A stretch of 64,000 nt of DNA from Gemmatimonadota bacterium (GTDB lineage: Bacteria > Gemmatimonadota > Gemmatimonadetes > Gemmatimonadales > Gemmatimonadaceae), in contig JAZJZK010000012.1 in assembly GCA_040389905.1 (NCBI GenBank), forward strand, positions 158,929-222,928, read 5' to 3'. Positions 30,036 to 39,437 of this stretch are shown here, piece after piece (position 1 is the first letter of the stretch; each line of letters begins with the position of its first letter). Position numbers and translations under genes: made by a program. Under the pieces are notes generated by a model. It did not search any database. It saw only the letters and a program-made list of their open reading frames with translations, and had not been told where the DNA came from.

Positions 30036-31019
30036 CTACACCGCCGTGTGGAGGGTGCTTGCGAACAGCTGCGCATCTTGGCCTTCATCATCCCGCGTCT
30101 CCTTCGTCACGCGAATGTCTAAGGTGACGCAGGCGCACGCAACTGCATTCTTAACGCGCCTTAGGTCATTGGTGCTTGGCGGGGTCCGAGACGCTGGGAT
30201 GGTAGGCACTGCTGACATGACCTGATGCGCCTTTTCGCCACGCCGTTCCGACTCTTGCGTTGACATTGCGGCCCGCCCGGGTGGCGCTTGTCCATCGTCT
30301 GTGTCAGACGCCGCAGAAGACTCCATCCAGTAGCCGCATTCCCGCGAATGCCTGATCGTGACTGTGCTCTGTGGCAGCTTTCGTCTGATATTGCAAATGT
30401 GCACTTGCACAGCTCCTCGCCTGTCTGGGCTCGTCTGCTTTCCCCACACAGCCGCAGCGAGGCGCTCCCATGAGACGGCGGCCGGAGCGACAATCAGAAG
30501 GCCCTCCAAAAGGTCGACCTCGCGCGGGGTCAATCTGATCTCTATGCCGCGGCAATACACTCTCCGCGTGAGCTGATCGAGGGTAACGTCTCCGCAGCGC
30601 AACCGCGACGTGGTGCCCAATACGCGCGCCCTCCTGATGGCGGCACCAATTCTATGACTCCATGTAGAGCAGCCGTCCACAGCTACGTCGTCCGCTATCG
30701 TGTTCAATAGCTCGCGACACCGTGCATAATCACGTATCCGCAGAACGAGAATATGTGTACGTGGCTGCACCTTTCTGAGCGTTATTAGATCGGCGGTTGC
30801 GTTCTGTGCGAAGTCGTCCACTATGAGCACGCTAAGCACTTGCCCACGCCTGAGCGACGACGTGGTTAGCATATCTAAATGAGTGAATTGCGCCACGGCC
30901 GTTCCTCCGGCTGCGAGCGTTCCTTGGACTTCCTGCCAGAACCGCCGGCTGCTGGTCAGCACGCCCACGTGAACCGATGCGATGCGACTGCGGTCCTCCA
31001 CATCAGTTACGTCCTGCAT
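30036..31019 (-). CDS. OmpR-family winged-helix regulator with degenerate receiver domain
   Basis: LRCGDVTLD, IRLTPREVDLLE, AVQVHICNIRRKL, GY; long non-conserved tail. Confidence 0.75.
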   Translation of the reverse strand: MQDVTDVEDRSRIASVHVGVLTSSRRFWQEVQGTLAAGGTAVAQFTHLDMLTTSSLRRGQVLSVLIVDDFAQNATADLITLRKVQPRTHILVLRIRDYARCRELLNTIADDVAVDGCSTWSHRIGAAIRRARVLGTTSRLRCGDVTLDQLTRRVYCRGIEIRLTPREVDLLEGLLIVAPAAVSWERLAAAVWGKQTSPDRRGAVQVHICNIRRKLPQSTVTIRHSRECGYWMESSAASDTDDGQAPPGRAAMSTQESERRGEKAHQVMSAVPTIPASRTPPSTNDLRRVKNAVACACVTLDIRVTKETRDDEGQDAQLFASTLHTAV

Positions 31020-31138
31020 ATCTTGTCCCTTCGCATTGAGATAGCTAGAAGCTATCGAACAGTAGCAATGCTGCCGTCACGGTAGGGGGAATATGCCATT
31101 TCGCCATCTCATTCTGCGCCGCCGCGAGACGTGCTCCC

Positions 31139-31186
31139 TGGACTTCCCCCAAGAAAGTAGACAGGTAGTTTACGCTGCTTTCTCGA
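31139..31186 (-). mobile_element. orphan 48-bp IS3 right-end fragment, inverted
   Basis: exact reverse complement of 33779-33826. Confidence 0.9.
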
Positions 31187-31311
31187 GGCTGTCATACCAT
31201 ACCTCTCGAAAGGGTCGAGAGGGCCAGACAGCACAACTCTCCAGCGGGCAATCACCCCAAGGTGGGTGCGACGATCCTAAACGCTCCGCCTAACCGCCGC
31301 AGGCGGATTGA

Positions 31312-31408
31312 GTTCAACGCCACAGCTCTGCTGCAAGGGCTCTCATAAAAGAGCGCGCGGAGCGCGCTCAATCAATAGCGCCCTTGTCTGCAGCAGCGCA
31401 CGTTATGG
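31312..31408 (-). other. integron attC site
   Basis: minus strand CCATAAC-GTGCGC-TGCTGCAGACAAGGGC...GCCCTTGCAGCAGAGC-TGTGGC-GTTGAAC, 15 bp after the stop of the ImmA gene. Confidence 0.75.
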
Positions 31409-31423
31409 ACTGCGGCGCATCGT

Positions 31424-32176
31424 CTATCCCGGAAACAGCTCCGCGAGGGCGTCACCGAGCGTATCACCCACTCTCGTCAGCATTGTGTTGGCGTCTACCT
31501 GGAGGATGCCCAACTCACGCATTCGGTATCGTACCACTGCCTGCGAGACTCGGTACACCGAAGAAAGCTGGCCCAGGGTGCGCTTGTACTCGACGCGGTT
31601 CACTCCCTGGCGATCCAACCAAATCATACCGAGATTGCGTTTCAGCCCCCGCTCGCGCTGAATCTGGATCACAGCGTCGCGCACGGTACGTCTAGGCATG
31701 AGAATGCCAGCCGCAAAGCGGTTGGCCTGCCACTCGAGTAGGCTCCTCGCGCTACTCGCGTCGATGCGATGCGTTACGAGATCGCGCGTGGAGTCTCGTA
31801 GTCCATCCGAACTGTCAGCACGAAGTGCAGTCGGCGAGATATCGCCGTGCAGATAGAAATGCCCGAGCTCATGGGCGACAGTGAACGGAAATCGGACGTC
31901 CTCTGAGCTGAGCGAGGCGTCAATGGCGATATGCTTGCGTTTGATATTGAAATAGCCAAGGTATTTGTAGCCTTCCGTCGTATGCCCAAGATGCTCGTCG
32001 AATGAAAACGAGCACAGGTTGGAACGTTGAATGCGGCCCATGATTTCAGCGAGCGGCGTAAACGACGGTGACACAAGTGCGAAAGGCGCGGCGCGGCCGA
32101 GGAATCGCTCGGTCAGCTGCTCAATGTCCTCCGCATTGAGGATAGGGATGCCCAATTCATCGCGCGTGAATTTCAT
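31424..32176 (-). CDS. ImmA/IrrE family metallopeptidase (gene cassette)
   Basis: RFPFTVAHELGHF, EWQANRFAAGILMP, VSQAVVRYRMRELG. Confidence 0.9.
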   Translation of the reverse strand: MKFTRDELGIPILNAEDIEQLTERFLGRAAPFALVSPSFTPLAEIMGRIQRSNLCSFSFDEHLGHTTEGYKYLGYFNIKRKHIAIDASLSSEDVRFPFTVAHELGHFYLHGDISPTALRADSSDGLRDSTRDLVTHRIDASSARSLLEWQANRFAAGILMPRRTVRDAVIQIQRERGLKRNLGMIWLDRQGVNRVEYKRTLGQLSSVYRVSQAVVRYRMRELGILQVDANTMLTRVGDTLGDALAELFPG

Positions 32177-32191
32177 CTTTGCCCTGTGCGT

Positions 32192-32249
32192 TCATAACGA
32201 TACAGAGATTCTTGCCGCGCGAAGCCTCGGCAAGAATCTACTGTTGAAC
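32192..32249 (-). other. 58-bp attC-like site upstream of the cassette
   Basis: minus strand GTTCAAC...AGATTCTTGCCG-loop-CGGCAAGAATCT...GTTATGA. Confidence 0.55.
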
Positions 32250-32549
32250 TCAATCCGGAGGGAGCAAGGCTGCCTGCGGGGGGCAGGTAGCGTCGCGGTG
32301 AGCGGTGTCAGGCTCGGTGGGTCGCTATTCCCACAACCCTGCCTGGCACGTAACGCGTTGCTACTCTGTAACGTACGCGCGCAGAGCGTGATCCGGGCTA
32401 CATGCTATCGTGCAAGCGCACGCACAATAAACTGCGTCGCGGATTTATTTTGCCGAGCGTCGCCCGAAGGCCCAGCAGTGCCAAACTGAAGGTCCCCCAA
32501 GAATGTAGACACCAACATACCCCTGCTATGTTCAGGGGCGAGGTGTCAC

Positions 32550-32906
32550 ATGACGGCAAGACGTAAGAAACTGAACGGGCAAACCCAACCCAGTGGTGGG
32601 GGCCGCATCCGCCGGTCGTTCACGCCCGAGTTTAAGCTGGAGGCGGTGCGGCTCGCGGCCCTGAAGGATCGCCCACTGAGCGAGGTCGCCCGCGACCTCG
32701 ACATCGGGCCGGAGATGCTGCGGCAATGGACGCGGCAAGCCACCGCGCGGGCCGCGCGCGGCGGCACGGATGTGTTCCCCGGCCACGGGAAGCTGACCAG
32801 TCAGGATGAAGAGATCCGCCACCTGCGCCGCGAGAATGCGGTGTTGCGGGAGGAACGCGACATTCTGGGAAAAGCGACGGCCTTCTTTGCCAGGCGCCCG
32901 CGATGA
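32550..32906 (+). CDS. IS3 transposase OrfA
   Basis: RRSFTPEFKLEAVRL...VARDLDI...LRQW...LRRENAVLREERDILGKATAFFA. Confidence 0.93.
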   Translation: MTARRKKLNGQTQPSGGGRIRRSFTPEFKLEAVRLAALKDRPLSEVARDLDIGPEMLRQWTRQATARAARGGTDVFPGHGKLTSQDEEIRHLRRENAVLREERDILGKATAFFARRPR

Positions 32907-33795
32907 AGTTCGCCTTCATCGCGGCCCACGTCACCGAGTGGTACATCACGACGATGTGTCGGGTGCTCGGGGTATCGAAGGCCGGCTACTACGCCTGGGT
33001 CAACCGCCCGCCGAGCGCACGCGCGGACGCGAATGTGCAACTCATCCTGGACATCGGGATGGTGCACGAATGGAGCCGCGGCACGTACGGGAGCCCGCGC
33101 GTGTACGCAAAGCTCGTGGCACTCGGCGTCCCGATCGGCCGGAATCGCGTCGCCCGCCTGATGCACGATGCGGGGATCCGTGTCACCCTGCGTCGCGGGT
33201 TTCGCGTGACGACGGACTCCACGCATGCGCATCCGATCGCGCCGAATACGCTCGATCGCCTGTTCGATGTCGCGCCGACCGATCAGCTGAATGCCGTGTG
33301 GATCGGCGATATCACGTATCTCTGGACGCGCGACGGCTGGTTGTATCTGGCCGTCGTGCTGGACCTCGCGTCACGCCGCGTGATCGGCTGGGCGATGCGG
33401 CATACGCTCGCGGGCGAGTTAACACGCGACGCGCTCGCGATGGCGCTCACGGGCGTCGGCCCACACCGGGTACGCTGCACCACACGGACAGGGGCGTCCA
33501 ATATGCAGCGGGCGACTATCAAACGCTGCTCACCGATCACAAGATGGAATGCAGTATGAGCGGCGTGGGAGATTGCTGGGATAACGCGGTGGCGGAGAGC
33601 TTCTTTGCGACGCTCAAGCGGGAACTCGCGGATCGCGCGGACTGGCATACGCGCGACGAAGCGCGCACCGCGGTGTTCGAATACATCGAGGTGTGGTACA
33701 ATCAACAGCGGCGACACTCGAGCCTGGGGTACCTCAGTCCCGCCGACTATGAGCAGCAGCTGGTCGCAGAGCAGCAGGTCGAGAAAGCAGCGTAA
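32903..33795 (+). pseudogene. IS3 transposase OrfB, frameshifted near 33452
   Basis: YGSPR and WIGDITY are in one frame; HHTDRGVQY, DNAVAESFF and YNQQRRHS are in another. Confidence 0.88.
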
Positions 33796-33972
33796 ACTAC
33801 CTGTCTACTTTCTTGGGGGAAGTCCAAACGTACACGTGTATACGCCCGGCTAGGACGAAAGATGCAGCACGCAGCCGGATTGGCGCGACTCAAGTGACTC
33901 GGCGCGCTTGCGCGTGAGGCCAGCAAAGTTACCCAACCCTTTGCGAAGCCTACCCCTTCCTTCTGCGAACAC

Positions 33973-34317
33973 TCAAGACAATTGCTTACGCAGATCGTCC
34001 GGCACGCGATACGAGGCGTCATCCATCGCGATCCCCTTGCTCTTCGCCTTCTTTCTCATGTGATCAGTCAGAGTCGCCTTGAAATACAATAGGTCCTCTC
34101 GACTCCTGATATCACATCGCGACGCCTCCTCCATCCACAGCCGCTGGCTTGCTTCCTGAATGAGGTCGTCCCTCACGTCGCGATCCGTGGTGAGTTGGCG
34201 GGCATAGATCTCCACGCTGGTCTTCACGTGCCTCCACACGCGGATGTATGCGTTGTGCACATCCCCTGTCGCTCCTCCCTCCGGAGGCGGCGTAAACGCT
34301 TCATTTGTCCGCATCAC
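33973..34317 (-). CDS. sigma-70 region-2-like small protein (copy 2)
   Basis: same translation as copy 1. Confidence 0.5.
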   Translation of the reverse strand: MMRTNEAFTPPPEGGATGDVHNAYIRVWRHVKTSVEIYARQLTTDRDVRDDLIQEASQRLWMEEASRCDIRSREDLLYFKATLTDHMRKKAKSKGIAMDDASYRVPDDLRKQLS

Positions 34318-34889
34318 GCCACCATCGACGAGAGACACTCGTCCAACACTTCCAATTCCGCCCACCGCAGGAACCTGTCTCCCTGCGTGGGACTCATTCG
34401 CCGCCGCAGCTTCCCGGTGTACCCCCGGTACAGAAGACCCCGGTGGTCCGTATCTCCTTCGATCGATGACAGGTCATAGTAGAAGATGCGGTCGTCGATC
34501 AACCCGTTCCCATTCACCGAGGTTACCAGCCCGGCGTGAATGAACTCCCTCGTGCGGAATGAACGCTGGAGGAGGATGTCCCCGCTCATGGGCGACTCGT
34601 AGAGAATGCCGCGTTCTGCTCCGAACACCGAGAGCGTCTGCGGTGACAGGCCGAGCGGGACCGGCCACGACGACTTCGCTACGCTCTCATCATAGTAGGC
34701 GCGAAAGCCGAGCTGCTGAAGAAGTCGTACATCGAGGGGCGCCAGCGCCGCTGCAGGATTGTCGGCTGTAGCTCCAGTCGGAATCGGCGGCGCATGCTGC
34801 GCGGTCGGTTTCCAGTTGAGTTCCTGCTGCACCGCGTTGCGCGCCATCTGCACCAGCACCTGCGGAGACAAACGAGCCATGAGAGTCAC
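34314..34889 (-). CDS. degenerate CHAP/NlpC-P60-like protein (copy 2)
   Basis: same translation as copy 1. Confidence 0.55.
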   Translation of the reverse strand: MTLMARLSPQVLVQMARNAVQQELNWKPTAQHAPPIPTGATADNPAAALAPLDVRLLQQLGFRAYYDESVAKSSWPVPLGLSPQTLSVFGAERGILYESPMSGDILLQRSFRTREFIHAGLVTSVNGNGLIDDRIFYYDLSSIEGDTDHRGLLYRGYTGKLRRRMSPTQGDRFLRWAELEVLDECLSSMVA

Positions 34890-35274
34890 CGTCGTCGCAG
34901 AAGTCCACCACCTGTCGCATCACCCTCGGGGCACGGTCGCCATTGGCCGCGTCAGCGCCGAGTAACCCGGACTACGCACCGGCTTGGTTTCAGGTTTCAG
35001 CCGCCTGTGACGCGCAGATGACGCCTGGTGATTAAAGGACACCGGCGTGGTTTCCCGGAGCACTCGGACCGACGGCGTCCCCGGTTGGAAATACCGGTGC
35101 CACACCCACCCCGGCGGCAGCGCCGCTGAACGTGGCAGAACCGCCACCCGCGACTGCGAGACTCGCACTCACCCGTATGTGCGAGGCGGCCACGCGCGCC
35201 TGAATGTTTCCCAACGGGTTCGAACGCTCACTGTCTTCCACGCGACGGTGAGTCACTTTGGTCGCGCCTTCGAA

Positions 35275-35930
35275 CCACCTGCACTCAGCGCAGAGTCGCC
35301 GACACGCGGGGCAGAGCCACCTGCACTCGCCACAAAGTCACCTGCACTCGGCACAGAGTCACCTGCCCTCAACCGCGAGTCATCCTTTCCGCACACGGAG
35401 CTGACTCTCCCCAACTCGTAAGCATCTGCACTCGGTGCCGAACGTCCGTGCCCGAGGTCGCACCCGAATCGACGCAACTCGTCTCCGCTCGTACCGAACG
35501 CTCAACCGACTCGCCCCAACTCCAGTCCATTTGTTCCAGCCCAGTACCGATCGTGACTCGCTGCGGGACCGTCTCGACCGACTCCGCATCCATTTCGTCG
35601 CCGCTCACAACGATCTGTACTCAGTCGGAATCGGCTCGCACCCAGTCCTCACCGCACTTGTCCGAGCGCCGAGTCGATTCTACTCGGCCAGCATTCATTT
35701 GTACCCGTTCGCGAACCGCCTGTACCCGACTCGCGATCGACGTGACACGGTTGGGCATCAACTGTTCCGCACCTGGAACCGACTGCACCCGTTGCAGAGC
35801 GAGTGAGATTCGCTCGCGAGTCATCGGCACTCAGCCTGCCTCCGACTGGATTGCCTTTGTCGCGGCCTTGGCTCGATCGGCGTCGGTCGTGTCGCGTTGC
35901 ATTTCCATTTGCACCAAGCCGGCATCGCCG
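35275..35930. repeat. degenerate 21-bp tandem array (about 31 units)
   Basis: TGCACTC-like cores at 35280, 35322, 35343, 35364, 35427, 35616, 35700, 35721, 35784, 35826 and 35910, all multiples of 21 apart. Confidence 0.85.
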
Positions 35931-35970
35931 CTGACCGCATCTGCCGCGTGAATGCCCACGCCGTTCTTGA

Positions 35971-36480
35971 ACTCGGCAGAAACTGCCTCTTGCGAAACCA
36001 ATGTGGAAAACTCGTTAAGACAGTAGAGGGCTCACTGCTCCCAGCGCACGGAATCGGTATGGCGACGCACGCGTGCGGACTATCAACAGCGCCGCAACTT
36101 TCATTAGAAGGATACTGATATGCAGACCAAACAGCGCAACGAGTTACTCTCGTTTGAGAACGTGCTGACGTTTACGCGCGACAACGCCGCCGCCCTCGGA
36201 AGTCCCCTCGTGACGGGGGCTGACCCGGATTGGTGCTGTTCGGATCGCACGCACGATTGCACAGACGTGCGGGAACGCTCCGTGAATGCTCACGCCGTTC
36301 GCAACTCGGCAGAAATTGCCTCTTGCGAAATGAATGTGGAAAACTCGTTAAGAAAGTAGAGGGCTCACTCATCCCTGCTTTCCACTCGAGTTCAGCCAAT
36401 CCGATCGCACTCGGCAAAAACTGCCTCTTGCGAAATGAATGTGGAAAACTCGTTAAGAAAGTAGAGGGGCCACTGATCCC
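35971..36480 (+). repeat. three copies of a roughly 70-bp leader/promoter unit
   Basis: ACTCGGCA.AAA.TGCCTCTTGCGAAA..AATGTGGAAAACTCGTTAAGA.AGTAGAGGG at 35971, 36304 and 36409. Confidence 0.9.
36120..36220 (+). pseudogene. aborted paralogous 5' end of the 36560 gene
   Basis: MQTKQRNELLSFENVLTFTRDNAAALG versus MQTTQGNMLLSLENVKTFTRDNADALG. Confidence 0.8.
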
Positions 36481-36559
36481 TCTGTCCGGACTCGGTATGG
36501 CGACGCACGAGTTCGGACCATCACAGCGCCGCCACCACTCTCAGTAGGAGGATATTGGT

Positions 36560-37255
36560 GTGCAGACCACGCAGGGCAACATGTTACTCTCGCTGGAGAA
36601 CGTGAAGACGTTCACGCGAGACAACGCCGACGCCCTTGGCGGCGTCGTCACGACCGGTGTGCTCACGATGCTCGGCGACTCCATCACCGAGCTGTCCGAC
36701 CACGCATCGGTGCAGAACGGCGAGACCCGTGCGGCCAAGGGTGCAATCGCCCGACGCCACGCGCTTCGCGCCGCACTCCTTCGCGATCACATGACACCGA
36801 TCGCCAGGATCGCTCGGCTCGAGCTGGCAGGGACTCCCGAACTGGTCTCTCTCAGCTATCCGAAGGGCAAGCCCACCGTCGAGCGGCTCGCCGCGCTCGC
36901 CAACGGCATGGCCCACGCCGCAGAGCCGTACGCGGACGTGTTCATCCATGCCGGGATGAAGCCGGACTTCATTCAGGCGCTTCGCACCGCCGCGGACGAC
37001 ATGGTGCAGGCACTGAAGGATCGCACGCAGAGCAAGGGAAAGGTCAGGACGGCGACGTCCGCGCTTCGCTCCAAGCTCATTCGCGCACGCAAGGTCGTTC
37101 ACGTGCTCGACGCGATGGTCAAGTCCGCACTCGTCGGCAATCAGGACTTGCTCGCCGGTTGGAACCTCGTGAAGCGCGTGCCGCAGACGCGCAGCTCGAC
37201 CGCTCCCGCCGCAACGACCACGACGCCCGCGCCATCCGACGCAGCGGCGGCGTGA
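36560..37255 (+). CDS. helical hypothetical protein
   Basis: AGGAGG RBS, GTG start, strong GC3 bias, 231 aa. Confidence 0.85.
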   Translation: MQTTQGNMLLSLENVKTFTRDNADALGGVVTTGVLTMLGDSITELSDHASVQNGETRAAKGAIARRHALRAALLRDHMTPIARIARLELAGTPELVSLSYPKGKPTVERLAALANGMAHAAEPYADVFIHAGMKPDFIQALRTAADDMVQALKDRTQSKGKVRTATSALRSKLIRARKVVHVLDAMVKSALVGNQDLLAGWNLVKRVPQTRSSTAPAATTTTPAPSDAAAA

Positions 37256-37283
37256 TCACACTCACCACAGGAGGAACATCACC

Positions 37284-37535
37284 ATGAGTACCACTCGAAA
37301 GACTCGAACAGGTCAGCGTCGCCCCAACGTCTGGGTCGTGAGGCACGAGGACGCGTTCGCCGTCGAATTCGAAAAGGGCCGTCCCATCGTGGCCGGGCTG
37401 ACCCAGCTGGCTGCCGTTCGAATTGCACGCGTGATCACACAGGAGTTCGGGAGCGAACTCGTTGTGCAGAACAGGCAGGGCCAGATCCGTTGCCGTGACA
37501 GTCACGGGAACGATCCGTTTCCGCCGAAGGGCTGA
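37284..37535 (+). CDS. DUF2188 family protein
   Basis: TQLAAVRIAR...SELVVQNRQGQIR.RDSHGNDPFPPKG; AGGAGG RBS. Confidence 0.85.
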   Translation: MSTTRKTRTGQRRPNVWVVRHEDAFAVEFEKGRPIVAGLTQLAAVRIARVITQEFGSELVVQNRQGQIRCRDSHGNDPFPPKG

Positions 37536-37538
37536 CCC

Positions 37539-38027
37539 ATGTCCAACGCTCCTGCAAAGAACGTCACCGAGTCGGTGTGGACCAACCGCGCTCCCGCGGA
37601 ACCGTTCCTGACACTGCTCGGCGGCGACCGCAAGCCAGAGGAGCATTGGACGCTGTCCGGTCTGCGTGCTGTGGCAATGGCGGCCATTTCGCCCCTGCTC
37701 GAGAAGAATGCCATCAAGACCCTCGCGGTCGACGTACCGCTGGTGTTCTCCATGAGCCGGATCGTAGTGCTCGCCTTTGCCATCGGGATGGTCAGGCAGT
37801 TGTGGAAGGCCGGGATTACCAGTTGGCCCGAAGCAACCCTCGCCATGACCATCGTGCTGGCGCTCCCGATGCTGGGTGCGCTGGAGCGCGCAAAGCCGGA
37901 ACAGACGTTGGACGTTCTCAAGTCGCTGATCGGCCGGTTCGGTATCGGCGAGCAGCGCCGCGCGCTGAGCCTCTTCACGCGCGAATCACAGGACCCATCC
38001 AGGTACGACAACCACTGGAGCGATTGA
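37539..38027 (+). CDS. two-TM membrane protein (holin-like by context)
   Basis: FSMSRIVVLAFAIG and ATLAMTIVLALPML helices; directly upstream of an amidase. Confidence 0.55.
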   Translation: MSNAPAKNVTESVWTNRAPAEPFLTLLGGDRKPEEHWTLSGLRAVAMAAISPLLEKNAIKTLAVDVPLVFSMSRIVVLAFAIGMVRQLWKAGITSWPEATLAMTIVLALPMLGALERAKPEQTLDVLKSLIGRFGIGEQRRALSLFTRESQDPSRYDNHWSD

Positions 38028-38030
38028 TCT

Positions 38031-38588
38031 ATGCTGACGATTCCCGGAGTACACGCGGATGAACGGATGCACTCTCACGTCATCCAGAAACCTCTCGCCG
38101 CCCCGCGCGGTGGCATCATGCTGCATTACGACGATTCATCGAGTGACCACGGAGCACTCGAGTGGTTTCACGATCCGCGTTGCAGGAACGGTTACACCTG
38201 GCTGGTCCTCGATGACGGACGCGTCGTCGAACTGGCCGACCCGGGAATGCGGACGCCGCATGCCGGACCATGCCTGACCCCGATGGCCAATAGCCGGTTC
38301 TATGGTATTGCCGCGACCACGAATGGTTCGGTATGCGTCACCGCACAGCAACAAAGCTCCATCGTGCGGCTGTGCTTTGCCATCGCCCGCTTTCACAAGT
38401 GGTCGGATCCAGTGCTCGTCGGCCACGATGAGCAGGCGGTCTGGACGGCGGAGTACACCAAGCGACGTGCCTTGTGGGGCACGGTAGGACGGAAGGTCGA
38501 TCCCACTGGGCGCCGTCCGGACGGTGTCCCAGTGCTCGACGTCCGCACAGTGAAAGACCAGGTGCTGCTCTCGTTGTCTGCCCGCTAA
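38031..38588 (+). CDS. N-acetylmuramoyl-L-alanine amidase (Amidase_2-like)
   Basis: IMLHYD, HAG, NSRFYGIA, VGHDE, RKVDP. Confidence 0.85.
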   Translation: MLTIPGVHADERMHSHVIQKPLAAPRGGIMLHYDDSSSDHGALEWFHDPRCRNGYTWLVLDDGRVVELADPGMRTPHAGPCLTPMANSRFYGIAATTNGSVCVTAQQQSSIVRLCFAIARFHKWSDPVLVGHDEQAVWTAEYTKRRALWGTVGRKVDPTGRRPDGVPVLDVRTVKDQVLLSLSAR

Positions 38589-38609
38589 TGACACAGGCCC
38601 CGCTCGTTT

Positions 38610-38635
38610 TGTCGTCCTGAGCGCAGCGAAGGACC
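38610..38635. repeat. REP-like short element
   Basis: TGTCGTCCTGAGCGCAGCGAAGGACC resembles a widespread intergenic palindromic repeat; single copy in this window. Confidence 0.4.
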
Positions 38636-38672
38636 CGCACATCAAATACACCTAACCCATTTGGAGCACCAT

Positions 38673-39437
38673 ATGTCAACCACGATCAAGAACTACATCA
38701 CCGGCGCCCTTCTCTTTTTGCTGATCGCGTTCATCCAGTACACCGTGCGGACACGGTCACAGCTCCGCGCATCCTGGGGGAATCAGCGCACCCTGGCCCT
38801 GCGCGCGAGCAACTTCGAGGCGTTGCACGACACGACGCACAACCTTGCTCGCAAGAGTCCACGTGTCGCTCGCCTCATGGGAGACTCCCTGCACTCCTAC
38901 GGCAAGCGCGTCGTCCAGAGCCGACAGCCAAAGGACGGCTTGGACTCTGCCTTGGACAGCCAGCACGCGGGCCGCTACACGATGCGCGTCGCCGTCGATT
39001 CCCTCGACGCGAATGCAGTGAGTATCACCTCGAGCAGCACCGATATCGATTCGACGCTCTTTCATCTCCGCAGTGAACCCTTCACCGTCGCTGCGGTCGT
39101 ATCACGCCGTCAGCTATCGGACAGCACATCGCTCGACATGAAGATCGTGCTCGACTCGATTCCGCTCACCGCCCGCATCCAGTGTTCGGCCAGCGGAGAA
39201 GTCGGCGTGCGCACGGCCTCAATCGCGGTGACCGCGCCTCCATGGGCGAACGTCCGCTTCGGCAACGTGCAGCAGGAGCCCGGCATCTGCAGCACCCCGC
39301 CACAGCACACCACCAGCCGCACTCGCAGTTTGTTCTCTTGGTCACCCATCGCGCTGAGCATCGGACGTCAACTCGGTGCCGGCAACACCGGCTGGACCGC
39401 ACAGATCGGGACCGCACTTGTCATCGGAGCGCGCTGA
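38673..39437 (+). CDS. membrane-anchored hypothetical protein (spanin-like by context)
   Basis: N-terminal TM, helical then beta-rich body, C-terminal amphipathic beta strands; GGAG RBS. Confidence 0.6.
   Translation: MSTTIKNYITGALLFLLIAFIQYTVRTRSQLRASWGNQRTLALRASNFEALHDTTHNLARKSPRVARLMGDSLHSYGKRVVQSRQPKDGLDSALDSQHAGRYTMRVAVDSLDANAVSITSSSTDIDSTLFHLRSEPFTVAAVVSRRQLSDSTSLDMKIVLDSIPLTARIQCSASGEVGVRTASIAVTAPPWANVRFGNVQQEPGICSTPPQHTTSRTRSLFSWSPIALSIGRQLGAGNTGWTAQIGTALVIGAR

Larger units (their letters stand above)
32487..33826 (+). mobile_element. IS3 family insertion sequence (1,340 bp)
   Basis: TG...CA ends; IRL TGAAGGTCCCCCAAGAATGTAGACA versus IRR TGGACTTCCCCCAAGAAAGTAGACA; 3-bp target duplication AAC. 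Confidence 0.95.
33971..35644. repeat. 1,674-bp direct repeat, copy 2
   Basis: matches 22425-24098; this copy continues into the full 21-bp array. Confidence 0.97.

Noticed and set aside
35275..36480. CRISPR array
   Set aside because: No constant repeat with unique 25-45 bp spacers, and no cas genes
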